A stretch of DNA of 64,000 nt from Nageia nagi (Eukaryota; Plantae; Pinophyta): contig JBITNC010000001.1 of NCBI GenBank assembly GCA_050084985.1, positions 186,930,001-186,994,000 of the forward strand, given 5' to 3'. The notes below the pieces were generated by a model. That model did not search any database, was not told where the DNA came from, and saw only the letters and a list, made by a program, of their open reading frames with translations. Within the stretch, counting starts at the first letter, position 1. Every line of letters starts with the position of its first letter. The position numbers and the translations under genes were made by a program. This document shows, in pieces, positions 50,891 to 62,180 of the stretch.

Positions 50891-53400
50891 TCAAACTTCA
50901 CTCCCCCTTGAGGGCAACTTCACCAACCCGAGAGAATCCCTAAGCTTGCTGAACTGAGCTTCAGGAAGGGGCTTGGTGAATAAATCAATGGAGTTTTCAG
51001 TATATGGACAATACTCCAAGTGTATGATGTCATCTAGAACCTTCTCCCTGATAAAATGGGCTTGGATTTCCACATGTTTGGTTCTCTGATGGAACACAAG
51101 ATTCTTAGCCAAAGAGATAGCTGATTAATTATCTGAAGAAATAAGAGATGGGCCATTTTGCTTATACCCAATTTTGTTTAGAAGATGCCTTAGCCAAATA
51201 GATTCTTGGGTGGCAACAAACATGGCTTGATATTTAACTTTGGTGGTAGAAAGAGTTACAGTAGGTTGCTTCTTGGAAGCCCAAGAGATAGCACCTGAAC
51301 CAATGCTAAACACATATGCAGAGGTTGATTTTCTATCATCTCTATCTCTCCCATAATCAGAATCTGAGAACCCTAAGAGAACAATTGAGGGCACTTTGGA
51401 ATACTTAAGAGCAAGATCCTTTATCCCTGCCACATACCTCAAGATTTGCTTCACAGCATTGAGGTGTTCAACATATGGTTTTTGCATGAATCATGCCATC
51501 AGATTCACTGCAAAGGCAATATTAGGTCAAGAGATAATCAGATACAGAAGACTACCAATCAATTACCTATAAGCTATAGCATCAGCCAACTGAGAATCTG
51601 AGCTTAGTGATACAACAATTTCAGGAGAAATAGGTATTGCAGCATATCTACACTCCATTACAAACTTTTGCAAGATGTCTAATATATACTTAGATTGACT
51701 AAGATAAGTACAATCTTTGTGTTGGTATACTTGCATCCCAAGATAGTAATGCAATAGACCTAAATCGGTCATTTCAAATGTTGCCTTCAGTTTGGATATG
51801 CACTCTTGGATGATTTCAATATTGTTGCCTGTTATGAGAAGATCATCCACATAAAGGAGAATTAATACCATGTCTTTTCTTTGATTGAGTACATAGAGAT
51901 CTAAGTCATAGAAGCACTTGGAAAAACCAATATCTGCAAAGAATCCTAAAATTTTCTTGTACCATGCTCTAGGTGCTTGTTTAAGTCCATACAAAGACTT
52001 CTTTAGCTTGCACACAAGAGACTCTTTTCCTTCTAGAATAAATCCTTCTGGTTGATTCATGTAGATTTCTACATCCAAGTCACCATTGAGAAATGCACTC
52101 TTGACATCAAGTTGAAAAACTTTCCAACCTTGAATTGCAGAAAGAGCAAGGATTATCCTGACAGTAGGCATCTTAGCCACAGGAGCAAAGGTTTCCTCAT
52201 AATCAATACCATATTTTTGAGCAAATCCTTTGGCCACTAACCTTGCTTTGTATTTTTCAATTTCTCCATCAGAATTGTACTTGAACTTGTATATCCATTT
52301 ATTTCCAATCACATTTTTCTCATTGGGATAAGGAACCAAATCCCAAGTTTTATTTTTCATGAGCACCTCATACTCAACTTTCATAGCTTCCATCCAACAC
52401 TCTTGCTTGGAAGCTTCTTTGAAGGTTGATGGCTCATTCGTATTATCAATTTTAGCAAATAAAGATTTATTCAAGGTCATACTTCTTGTAATTCTTTGAG
52501 CTGGAGAATTTTTCTCTTGTGGTGACTTCCTTACATGATCATCCAACCAGTTAGGTGCAGGTGAAGAATCATCTGAATCAGACACCTCAGCATGAGAAGT
52601 CGTATCCTCAGGAAGTTCATTGAACTTGACATCCCTAGAAATAAAGACTATTTTATGGGATGAGGAGTAGAGCCTGTAACCTCTATGCTGATTATCATAC
52701 CCCACAAACATGCATTTTTTTGATCTTTTATCTAGCTTCTTTCTTTTCTCTGAGGTAATGAAGGCAAATGCATCACAACCAAAGACCCTAAAGTGTGAGA
52801 TGTTAGGTTTCTTTCTTGTCCATGCTTCATACAAAGTTTTACCTTCAACTGCTTTAGTAGGACACTAGGAAGGTTGCCCATAAGAAACTAGGAATGTTAC
52901 CCAACATGCATCTTGCCATTTCCATAATGGTGTGATTCTTCCTTTTAGCAACTCCATTTTGCTGAGGGGTGTAAGGGATTGTGAATTGCCGCTTGATCCC
53001 ATGTTTAACACAATAGTCATTAAACTCATTGCTATTATACTCACCCCCATTATCAGATCTCAGCATCTTGATCTTAAAAATAGTTTGATTTTCAACAAGA
53101 GCCTTGAAGTCTTTAAACCTGTCAAAAGTTTGATCCTTGTGCTCAAGTGGATAACCAAATGTCATCCTACTGAAGTCATCAATGAAGTTCAGAATATAAG
53201 AAGCTCCCCCTAGAGACTTAGTTTGAAATGGACCTATCAAATCTGAATGCACAAGCTGAAGAGGACGAGTAGCCCGAGTTGCCTTATCTTTTTCAAACTT
53301 TTGCCTATTCATCTTTCCTAGAATGCACCTTTCACAAAGACCAATTGTGGGTGAAATATTAGGTAAACCTTCCACAAGTTCTTAATTTTTCATATCACTA
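50891..53400 (-). pseudogene. Copia pol: pre-integrase, integrase, RT, RNase H (few frameshifts/stops)
   Basis: VEGLP..CERCILGK, LVHSDL, LRSDNGGEY, YTPQQNGVA, YKARLVAKGF, QLDVKSAFLNG, LLYVDDLL, FSDSDY..RKSTS, HQRTKHVEI, DLFTKPL. Confidence 0.95.
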
Positions 53401-55023
53401 CACACATGCCTGTCCACCTAATAGAGTTATATCCAATCCAACAGAGGTCTTAGGGGCAATTAAGATAGACTTTCCACCACTTGGCTCTTCAGACTAAAAG
53501 GGCTCCAGTCTGCCCTATCCTCCCCTCATGGCTCCCCAAACAAGTCATGTTGTGGAAAAGTACGTGCGGATGTGTTCATTTTAGGGGTTACTTTCAATAT
53601 TTTGCGTTTTGCAAGTATAAAGCAATTGTGCAAAAATATAAAGTAAAGTAAAAATACATCATCCACATGAGCTTGAAAAAACCTTAAAAAAAGTCCAATG
53701 GGTTTTGTACTAACCCCTAAAGGACATTTTACATTTTGCATACTTTGCTCAATAAATTCATTCTATCATTTTAATGAATTTAAAAAAAAAAAGACTAAGT
53801 CCTGCTTAGCATTAATCCATAACTTAAACATGCATTGTTCCATGACTTAAAAATTAAGTAATAATCATGCATCATGCATTATTTAACTTAAAATTTTAAG
53901 TCCTAAGCATGCTTTATTCCTCAAACAAGATTAAGAGACATGCATTACAAGTTTAGCATGCAAGATCTAGATAAAATTTAAGTAAAAATTATACAAATTC
54001 CTCCCTTTTCACTTAAAGTTTTATTCCTAAAAAAAACTTGTATGCTAAAAATTGTCTTTTAAGTATGCATTTTAAGTAAATTTCCCTTGTTTACTTTTTT
54101 TTTTTAAATAGCATACTTATATTACCTTAGTAAATTTTTACTAAAAAAAAAAAAATTGCCTAAGTAAATTACCATACTTAGTGAAAAAAATGCTAAGAGG
54201 TTAGCATTCTAGAAATTGCATGTGCACCTTAGTAAATTAAACATGAAATATTAAAAATATTCTAAGCATTTTTAAAAAGTAAGCTAAGTTTAACTTAAAA
54301 ATATTTTTGACCTTATTGTAAAAATAAGTTAAAAATATTCACTACTTACCAAGTCTCCAAGAATTAAATGGTAAAAGAAGGAGACCCATACCCCTACTTC
54401 ATGCATATTTAATGCTTCTTTTACCAAAGCTTTCCAAATAACAAAAAAATACTCTAAGTCAAAAACAAATAAATGCTTTTGGTAAAAAAGGATGGCTACC
54501 CTTCCCTTACCAAGAAGGAGTATACATTGCCTCTTGGGAGTAATTAAACAAGGACATAAAAAATCAAACTCCCTCCTTGGTTGGTAAAAAAAATTAAATG
54601 CATCTTTGTACTTAAAAAAAAATGGCCCCCCCTTTTTCTTCTACCAAGAAGAGCATGCGTTGCTTATGGAGGAGCATAGAAGGTAAAAAGTGGTCAACAA
54701 TAATTAATGCTCAAGGGGTTTGGTTGGGTCCTTAAGACTTAGGTGGAGTGATTAAACAAGGACATAAAAAATAAACTCCCTCCTTAGTTGGTAAAATTAA
54801 ATTAAATGCTCAACAACTATGTGTGGAAAAAAAATGGAAAAAGACCACAGGAGTAGAAGGGAGGTGAAGGTGGCCTGGCGTAGGAGTGTTAAGTCACGTG
54901 GGGCAGCTAGATGGCTATTGACCAAGAGCATTCTAGCCGTGAAGATGCGAGCAAGGGAGGAGGGAGGAGGCACAGCCAGCGAGGAAAATATGAACCCGAT
55001 GAACACGCAACCTTCTGCATTGG

Positions 55024-55253
55024 CTCACTAAGAATAAGCACTCCTTTCTTTGAGTTTTGGCAAGCTACAAATTCATAGCTCACAAGATTCATCCCATCTT
55101 GTAAAGATATTATATCTGTTATTGCATATAAGGCACAAAGTGCATGAAAATATAGAGATCGATCTAAATGATGGATCAGAATAGTTATCAAAGTTCCAAA
55201 CCATCCATTTATTCACCCCACAATCTCATGAACTTGACTTGTAAGCTTCTGAT
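55024..55253 (-). pseudogene. TPS1: Captured fragment of class I trehalose-6-phosphate synthase (TPS1-like), uninterrupted by introns
   Basis: QKLTSQVHEIVG*INGWFGTLITILIHHLDRSLYFHALCALYAITDI---ISLQDGMNLVSYEFVACQNSKKGVLILSE is a near-verbatim class I TPS GT20 segment. Confidence 0.9.
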
Positions 55254-55460
55254 CTGTAATCCATAGAAGGGCACTTGTTGGTCATTAGCACACATCAAAG
55301 TTCTCCGTGCACTACTCAGGTGAAAGGTAACATGTTACTGGGTTAGAAATTTGAGGATTGTTGAACCTCTGTATGCAAGGAGATGGCAGGAGCTACGGGA
55401 GAGGGAGTAGATAGGGAGGTGAGACTAGCATGCGCAAAGTTGGTGCAGAGCTTGCTCCCA

Positions 55461-55520
55461 GAATTTGTAGACCCTTTCAAGGTATCCATTTTGTACATAT
55501 CCTACGATCATTGTAGTTCA
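55461..55520 (-). pseudogene. Captured PPR motif fragment
   Basis: *TTMIVGYVQNGYLERVYKF matches the PPR consensus WTxMIxGYxQNG..E.A..F. Confidence 0.6.
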
Positions 55521-55789
55521 AAAGTTGATAAAGCAGATACCAAAGTAGATACGCCTCACCTCTGTTAAATCTGGCACACCAACCTACCATTTTCCAAGGT
55601 CCTCACATTGCCTACGTGGAGACTTCACGTCTTCTACCACTGGGAAAACAAATTGACCTCAGCATTGAGGGACAGCCGTGGTGAGGGTTCAATGTGGAAC
55701 TTGTTGCGTGCTGCTCAAGAGCAGGTAGTGCACCCCCCTTTTTCCTCAAGGTTGTAGCCCTTCAAACCATATATTTTTGTGTTTTATTT

Positions 55790-56080
55790 AATGATTAGTC
55801 TTTGGAGGATGATATTGAGTGATCCTAGTTATGTTAGAGGTGAAAATATTTTGTCAAAGAGCATGGATTCATCAGCAACTGGAAGTGATCAGTCAAACTT
55901 CATGGGCCATATTTTTGTTAGAGATACAAACATTCAAACAAACAATGATTGCAGATTTTCTATAAGAGCAAGATATTGCAGACAATGCCAGGCCTATATC
56001 AACATATTTGATCATCATTGTTCGGTATTTGGCAATTGTGTGGGTTAGCAAAACCATTGCTTCTTCATCTTTTATTACTG
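55790..56080 (+). pseudogene. Captured DHHC protein S-acyltransferase fragment (antisense to the element)
   Basis: LWRMILSDPSYV...RARYCRQCQAYINIFDHHCSVFGNCVG*QNHCFFIFLL is a DHHC cysteine-rich domain. Confidence 0.85.
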
Positions 56081-59000
56081 CTGAGAGTTGCTACATTCTT
56101 TGTGGCATTTCCTAGATAAAACCTTTGTATATATTTTTTTTATATATGTATATAAAAAAATATTGCTCTCAACAAAAAAAAATTCCAAACTTTGAATAAT
56201 AAAAAATATTGAGAGCTGCCTCTTTAACTCAACAATAAATGGCATAAAGAAATATTGCAATACTAATCTCTTTTTTTTTTGTTTTTAAAAAAAAAAATTA
56301 ACATCATGCTCACTAGAGGTTAGTATAATTAAAAGCATTATATTTCTATTTTTAGCCCTCCTTTTTTTTGCAAAAATAAATTAACTTTCACTTGTGTTTA
56401 CTTTAAACAAGAAAAGTAAACCTCAAGAAATTAGTTGCTACTAATAAACAAAATGTTAGTAAAAATATTTGCATTTCATAGTATCCTCTTAAAAAGTATA
56501 TCATGTATTAAGCATTTTTGTAAAAAAAATGCTACTAACATAAGGTTAGTATAGGAAAAAAAAATTACTTGCATTGTCATTTTAATCATATTTTGCAAGA
56601 AATAAGCTTCAATATCTTACAAAATATGTTAGTATCTAATGCAATAATCCATAAGATAACCAAATGAGGAGGAAATTTATACCTTCTCTTAGTTTTACCT
56701 CACCAATGGGCTGTAAGATGAGGAATGAAGAAGGAACACCAAGATGTAGCTTCCACACCAAGAAGAAGAGCTTCCACACCAAGGAATGAAGAAGGATGAA
56801 GAACCTCTAAGATGTAGAAGAAGAGCTTCCACACCAAGCTCTGATACCAATTGAGAGAATTAGCACTACTCTAATCCTCAAGGTCCAATACTAGAAAACT
56901 CAATCATACAACATAACACCATTCACACAAGATAACACAAGTGTAATGTGGTTCCTCCCTCCTTGGGAGTACATCCACAACTAGTATCTCAATTCTCAAG
57001 TATGCCCCACTTACTATAATTCTCTTCCTCTCCTACACAAACTAGTAGAGTAATCTTACTCCAAAACTTAGTTGTGTTACAATAGGAGAGGCCCTCTATT
57101 TATAGCTTGAGAGCACCTCCTTAACCTCCCTTTAACCCAAGGGTAAGGTTAGGGTTATAATAAATGCATGACCTAACTTTAACCTACCAACTAACCCCAT
57201 GGTAAGGTCAAAGTCCACACATAATAAAGAATTCAATTAATCCCTTAAGGTATCTACATATCCTTTAAGTGATTAATTGAACTTACAAGGAGTTTAGATA
57301 TTCACAATATTTCATTACAAATTCTAACAAAATGGATGTTCAAAATAAAGTAAAAGGATAATAAAATACTTGATAAGCATAAGGTAATATTAGTTTCTAA
57401 ATTATATGCACAAGAGGAAGGTATATAATATGAGGAGATATTTGCTCCCACAACCAAAATAAAGATCATCAAAATTATTTTTGCAATTGCTACATAATTT
57501 GGCAAGCAATTTTATTAGATGGATGTGAAGAGTACCTTCCTAAATAGAGAATTAGAAGAATAAGTCTACATGCAATAACCTAAATGATTTGTAATCGATC
57601 TAGATAAAGAAAAAGTATATATATTGATCAAGTATTTGTATGGCTTGAAAATAGTATCCAAGAGCTTGGTATACCAAAATTGATGGACACTTACAATAAC
57701 ATGGCTTCAATAGGAGTTTGTATGATCCTAATCTCTACATTTGACAAAATGGGGGGGAGATTATCATTATTGTAGTATATATTAATGATTTAGTTATCAA
57801 AGACAACATTGAGGAGTTGATCACATCTTGCAAAGATGACATCAAAATATCATTCAACATCATTGACCTTGGTTTAATTCACTATTTCCTTGGATTGGAG
57901 GTCTAAAAAATGCAAGATCTAATATTTATTTCACAAATGAAGTACACCGAGTTTTTTAGAGAAATTCAATATGATATATTGCCAACTAATGTCTATGCCA
58001 ATTGAACTTAGTTTATATTTTTATGCTATGATATTTCTCCATCGATAAATGCAACTCTCTATCATCAACTAATTCGAGAGTTAATTTACTTGACATACAC
58101 CAAGATGGATATGTATCATATCGTCAACTATCTTCATGATTTATACATAAACCAAAAAGGCCCATTAGAGTGTGATAAAGTATGTTTTGAGATACATTTT
58201 TAGGATTAGCAATTATGGCCTAGAGTACAAGAAGAATGATAAGTTCATCTTAACTAAATACACAAATGCATATTATGGAGGATCTTTGGATGATAGGAGA
58301 TCGAAGACATGATATGTGTTCTTCCTTTAATATGGATTGATTTCATGGGGTGGTATCAAATAAAGCATCACATCTAAGTCTACCATAGAGTTGAAATATC
58401 ATGTTGTTGCAAATATTGTTTATGAGGTAATATGGTTAGGTCATATTTTAATATATATTTAAATACCTCAGAAATAATTAACTATTTTGCATTATAACAA
58501 TCAGGGTATGTTGAAATGAGTTTGAAATCCTATTTTTCATGAGTGTACCAAACATATTATGATATAGGTTCATTTTGTTTGGTATCATGTTTCATTACAC
58601 AATATTTAGCCCCACTACATTTCCATGAAAAAGCAAGTTGCAGATGTCTTCACCAAATCTCTAGACAATGGAAAGTTTGAATACTTTTGGAGCTTCGTAT
58701 CTAATTCTTTGACTAAATAATGTATTATGGGGGGAATGTTAGAAATAATTCATTAGATTAATATAGATACTTAAGTAGGTATCTAACATATTATTAATAA
58801 ATGTAATGTTAATATATTATTAACATTTCTAATGTTAGATTTAATTAATGTTAGGGTTTCTATGTTTATTTTATGGGAATGCTCTCCTGATTTTTTATTT
58901 AAACCACTTCTCAATCCAATATAATATACTTGGGTCCTCTCTTAAATATGATATAAAACACCCTTGATTCAATAAAGGCATGATTTTCACATTTGCTATG

Positions 59001-59924
59001 ATACTGCTAGAACTTTACTAAAAATTTGTTAGGAATTCATTGGAACTTTATAAGAACTCTATTGTAATTTTGTAGATGTTTAAATTCTAATATAATTTTT
59101 GTAATATCTCTATATTTTTCAAAACATTTATGTAAATACAAGTTTCATACCCCTATAGAAAAAAGCCCTCAACTTATACCCTTATAAAAAAAATTGTATT
59201 TCATATTGATTTTTTGAAATCATTATTTGAGAAAGATGTTTATGAATCTCAATGTGTGTTTGTATTCAATACCATAGACAAAATAAGAAAATATGAAATT
59301 ATTATGGATCATTCTTATAATGCACATATATGTCTGATTTAATATTTAAACTTCAAAAGTCTATTCAACACCTTCAAATTTTGAGTAGCTTAGTAAATTA
59401 AAATTTAATTGCTTATTATTCTCAAACATATGAATTGAATAATATTTATATATCTTTATGTTTGATATGCAACATAGTTAAAATAAATTAAAAATAAAGA
59501 AATATTTATCAATAATATATAACAATCAAAGCATAGCAACCCTTCCTAAAAGGAATGATTAACAAATTTAGTAAAATCACCTATTGAGCCAATAATTATA
59601 CCTAGTTGATCATTCTTTGATTTGACCTTTAATTCCTATTTTCATTCTTGATATTGTATAGGTTAACATTATCACCTTACATTTTTTTATCTCTAAGAAA
59701 GGCTCTCCACATCAATTTAGGACAAGGATTCATATACAATTATTACATAAATGTTCAAACTAGTCACACATCACATTATCATAAACTCACAAAATATATT
59801 TACGAAATGAAATTACTCCAATAATTATGATGATGACTATAGTACTAGCTCTCTTCTTATGCATTGCATATAAACCATACCACTAACTAATATGATATAG
59901 AAGTTCTGAAGATAATCTTTTTTA

Positions 59925-60090
59925 TAGATAGATTGATAAATAGATAGATAAGTCTTTTAACATCCTTTTAAACTTATTGGTTTGTAGGACCTATCAAATT
60001 TTATCCAAAAGTAAATATATAGAAATTAAGTATTTGAATGATTGTTTCTCATATAATTAAGTTGTATAATAAAATCACCAAGGTTGTTTT
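59925..60090 (-). mobile_element. Short 3' end of an RTE-X-like LINE with (TATC)n tail
   Basis: A GATA-repeat tract followed by AGTCTTTTAACATCCTTTT..TTTGTAGGACCTATC, homologous to 38620-38760. Confidence 0.65.
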
Positions 60091-60889
60091 GGTTATGTTA
60101 TGTTTTCTCTTTTGTCTTAAAAGAGAGGACTTAAAAATAAAGAGCAACAACATGTAAATATAGATTTAGATCCTTCAAATTTAAATAACACATACAACCT
60201 TGCTAAAATAAGTTATATATTCTTGAGAATTAACATATATTTGCCTCATACTCCTCAAAATTCCAAATCAAGAAAATTGTAAGGTACATGAAATTACTAG
60301 TATCATATTTAGAAAGACTAAAAAATCATTAAAAATATTGTATCATAGGCATGGTTGTACATTTGTGGATAATATTCACATAAGTTCTTGAAGGGAAATG
60401 GTGGAAGCCAATTCCACTTGTTTAGAATTAGATTGTATATAAGCACCTCAAGACTACCATTATTTCCAAAGCATGTGTAGTTTTTCACTCCCACACACTA
60501 CATATCTATGTAAATATATGTTTAATAGTTATATATAACTTATGTATAAGATCAAAAATGAACCTTCCATAACCTTCATAATGAACCTAGATGGATTAGT
60601 TTTAAGATTATAAGTGAACATATTCAAAACAATCCTAGCTTTAAATGATGGGATCTTTTATCCTTTTTTATAAACCCTATGAACATAATATAACGAATAT
60701 ATAATAGTTTTATGTAATAGTTATCATTTTTTATTATTTAAATGGGGTTGAATTATATGCTTTTTAAAATCACACAATCAACTAAAAGGGGATACAAATT
60801 TTATTGCCTTATTATATATTAGCATACCCTTATTTTCAAATAGTTCTTCATGTTGAGCAAAATTTTATAAAAAAATTGAAAGTATAACA

Positions 60890-61403
60890 ACTTTTAACAG
60901 GTAGCTCATAATTACCATATACATTCAAAGTATTGACCATTTCTTAAAAGCTAGCTTACTATAAAAATATCGTCAACCCAAAACTTTAACATCAATCCTA
61001 CCCACATAAGATAATTAATCTAAAAGAGAAGCTTGTGATTGTAAAATTATCTAATTTACATGAACTACATCATGAAATAAGTATATGGACAATACCTAAA
61101 ACACCATGGGATAAAAGAACTTGTAATTGTTGTACCCTAAATGCCATAGAAGATGACTCATTTTCTTCTTATCTTCCCAATTTACAAAGACATTAGACAA
61201 ACCTATAATGATATTTATAACTACAACCTAATCCATGAATTCTTAAACTTAGTCAAAATAAGCTTGACAGTTTTATTATGTATCTTAATTTTGTTGGAAC
61301 AATCATTGAATACAAAATTATATATATTTATCTTTGTATAAATATTGATAGATCCTACAAATAATTGGGTGTAAAGGATATTAAAAGGCATAATTCATTC
61401 ATT
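60890..61403 (+). mobile_element. 3' end of an RTE-X-like LINE with (ATTC)n tail
   Basis: KASLL/YYKNI, KLVIVKL..HELHHEISIWTIPKTPWDKRTCNCCTLNAIED.THFLLIFPIYKDIR. Ends AAAGGATATTAAAAGGCATAATTCATTCATT. Confidence 0.8.
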
Positions 61404-61670
61404 GAAGCCTTAAAAATCTTCTTAGTCGTAACAACTTCTCTTCTAATATAGATAAGTCTTTTTATGTTCTTTTAAATCAAATGGTTTGTGTGTGTGTGTC
61501 ATTCATTCATTGAACCCTTAAAAACCTTCTTAGTCATAACAACTTCTCTTCTAATAAAGATAAGTCTTTTTATATTCTTTTAAATCCAATTGTGTGTGGG
61601 TGTGTGTATGTGGGTGGGTGTGGGTGCATGTGGGTGTGTGCATGTGTGCATGGGTGCACGTGCATGTGCA
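61393..61670. repeat. About 108-bp tandem duplication plus (TG)-rich microsatellites
   Basis: 61393-61500 and 61501-about 61600 are near-identical. TG/GTG-rich tract to about 61670. Confidence 0.85.
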
Positions 61671-61679
61671 TATCTTTGA

Positions 61680-62180
61680 CCATCCTTTTAAACCTAGTGA
61701 TTTGTAGGACCTTTTGAAATTCGTCAAGAAATGAAAATATATCAATTAAATATATCGAAGAAAATATATAAATTAAGTATTTGAATGATTATTATTCAAA
61801 TAATTAAGTTGTATAATAAAATCCTAAAGTTTGTTTTGGTTATCTTAGTTTAAGATTTTTTTGATCGATTTAACGTTATATATACCTTTGTAAATTTGTC
61901 TAATTTATTTGTATAGTGGGCAACAAAAGTGAAAGTGATCCCCATGCTCTATGGCATTTTGATTATAGTACTTACAAATTCTTTTATCCCAAGGTATTTT
62001 AGGTTTTGTCCATCTATGAGCTTCACTATGTAAATTGTGTGAATTAATTAATAATTTTATGATCGCAAGCTTCTTTTTGAGATTAGTAATCTTAGGAAGG
62101 TAGGATGGAGGTTATGATTAATGATAATTTTATAGTGGGCTAGTTTTCTTTTATTTTTGATACTGTCATCATTCCAAAAA
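61680..62180 (-). mobile_element. 3' end of an RTE-X-like LINE, convergent with the 60890-61403 copy
   Basis: CATCCTTTTAAAC..ATTTGTAGGACC. Minus strand KKKLAIIK..NSHNLHSEAHRWTKPKIPWDKRICKY..HFHFCCPLY. Confidence 0.75.

Larger units (their letters stand above)
49456..57329 (-). mobile_element. Young Ty1/copia-type element lacking gag/protease, carrying captured gene fragments
   Basis: 478-bp LTRs at 49456-49933 and 56852-57329 (9 mismatches by manual count). Perfect TSD AAATG. PBS TGGTATCAGAGC at 56838-56849; PPT AAGGGGGAG at 49934-49942. Confidence 0.95.
41736..58957 (+). mobile_element. Old degenerate Ty1/copia element hosting nested insertions
   Basis: The LTR start at 41736 (TGTTATAAATAAT) matches 58737 (TGTTAGAAATAAT) over about 220 bp. 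PPT ATGGGGGGAA at 58727-58736. Pol motifs MVSGLP, DIDLC, ILIGYSTKSKGYKL..ISRDVIF. RT split at IICKW (49455|57330), then MDVKSTFLN, YINDL and QVADVFTKSL. Degenerate PBS near 46595. 3' LTR truncated. Confidence 0.8.

Noticed and set aside
53396-53400. CACTA pentamer at the pol/cargo junction suggesting a Pack-CACTA insertion
   Set aside because: It reads as part of the pol frame (SDMKN) on the minus strand, and I found no matching TAGTG terminus or 3-bp TSD before the PBS.
3829-61745. Many short ORFs in the track (e.g. 3829, 14490, 27663, 37624, 52052, 52932, 61551)
   Set aside because: They are antisense or off-frame shadows of TE, PPR or DFR-like coding regions, or low-complexity translations.
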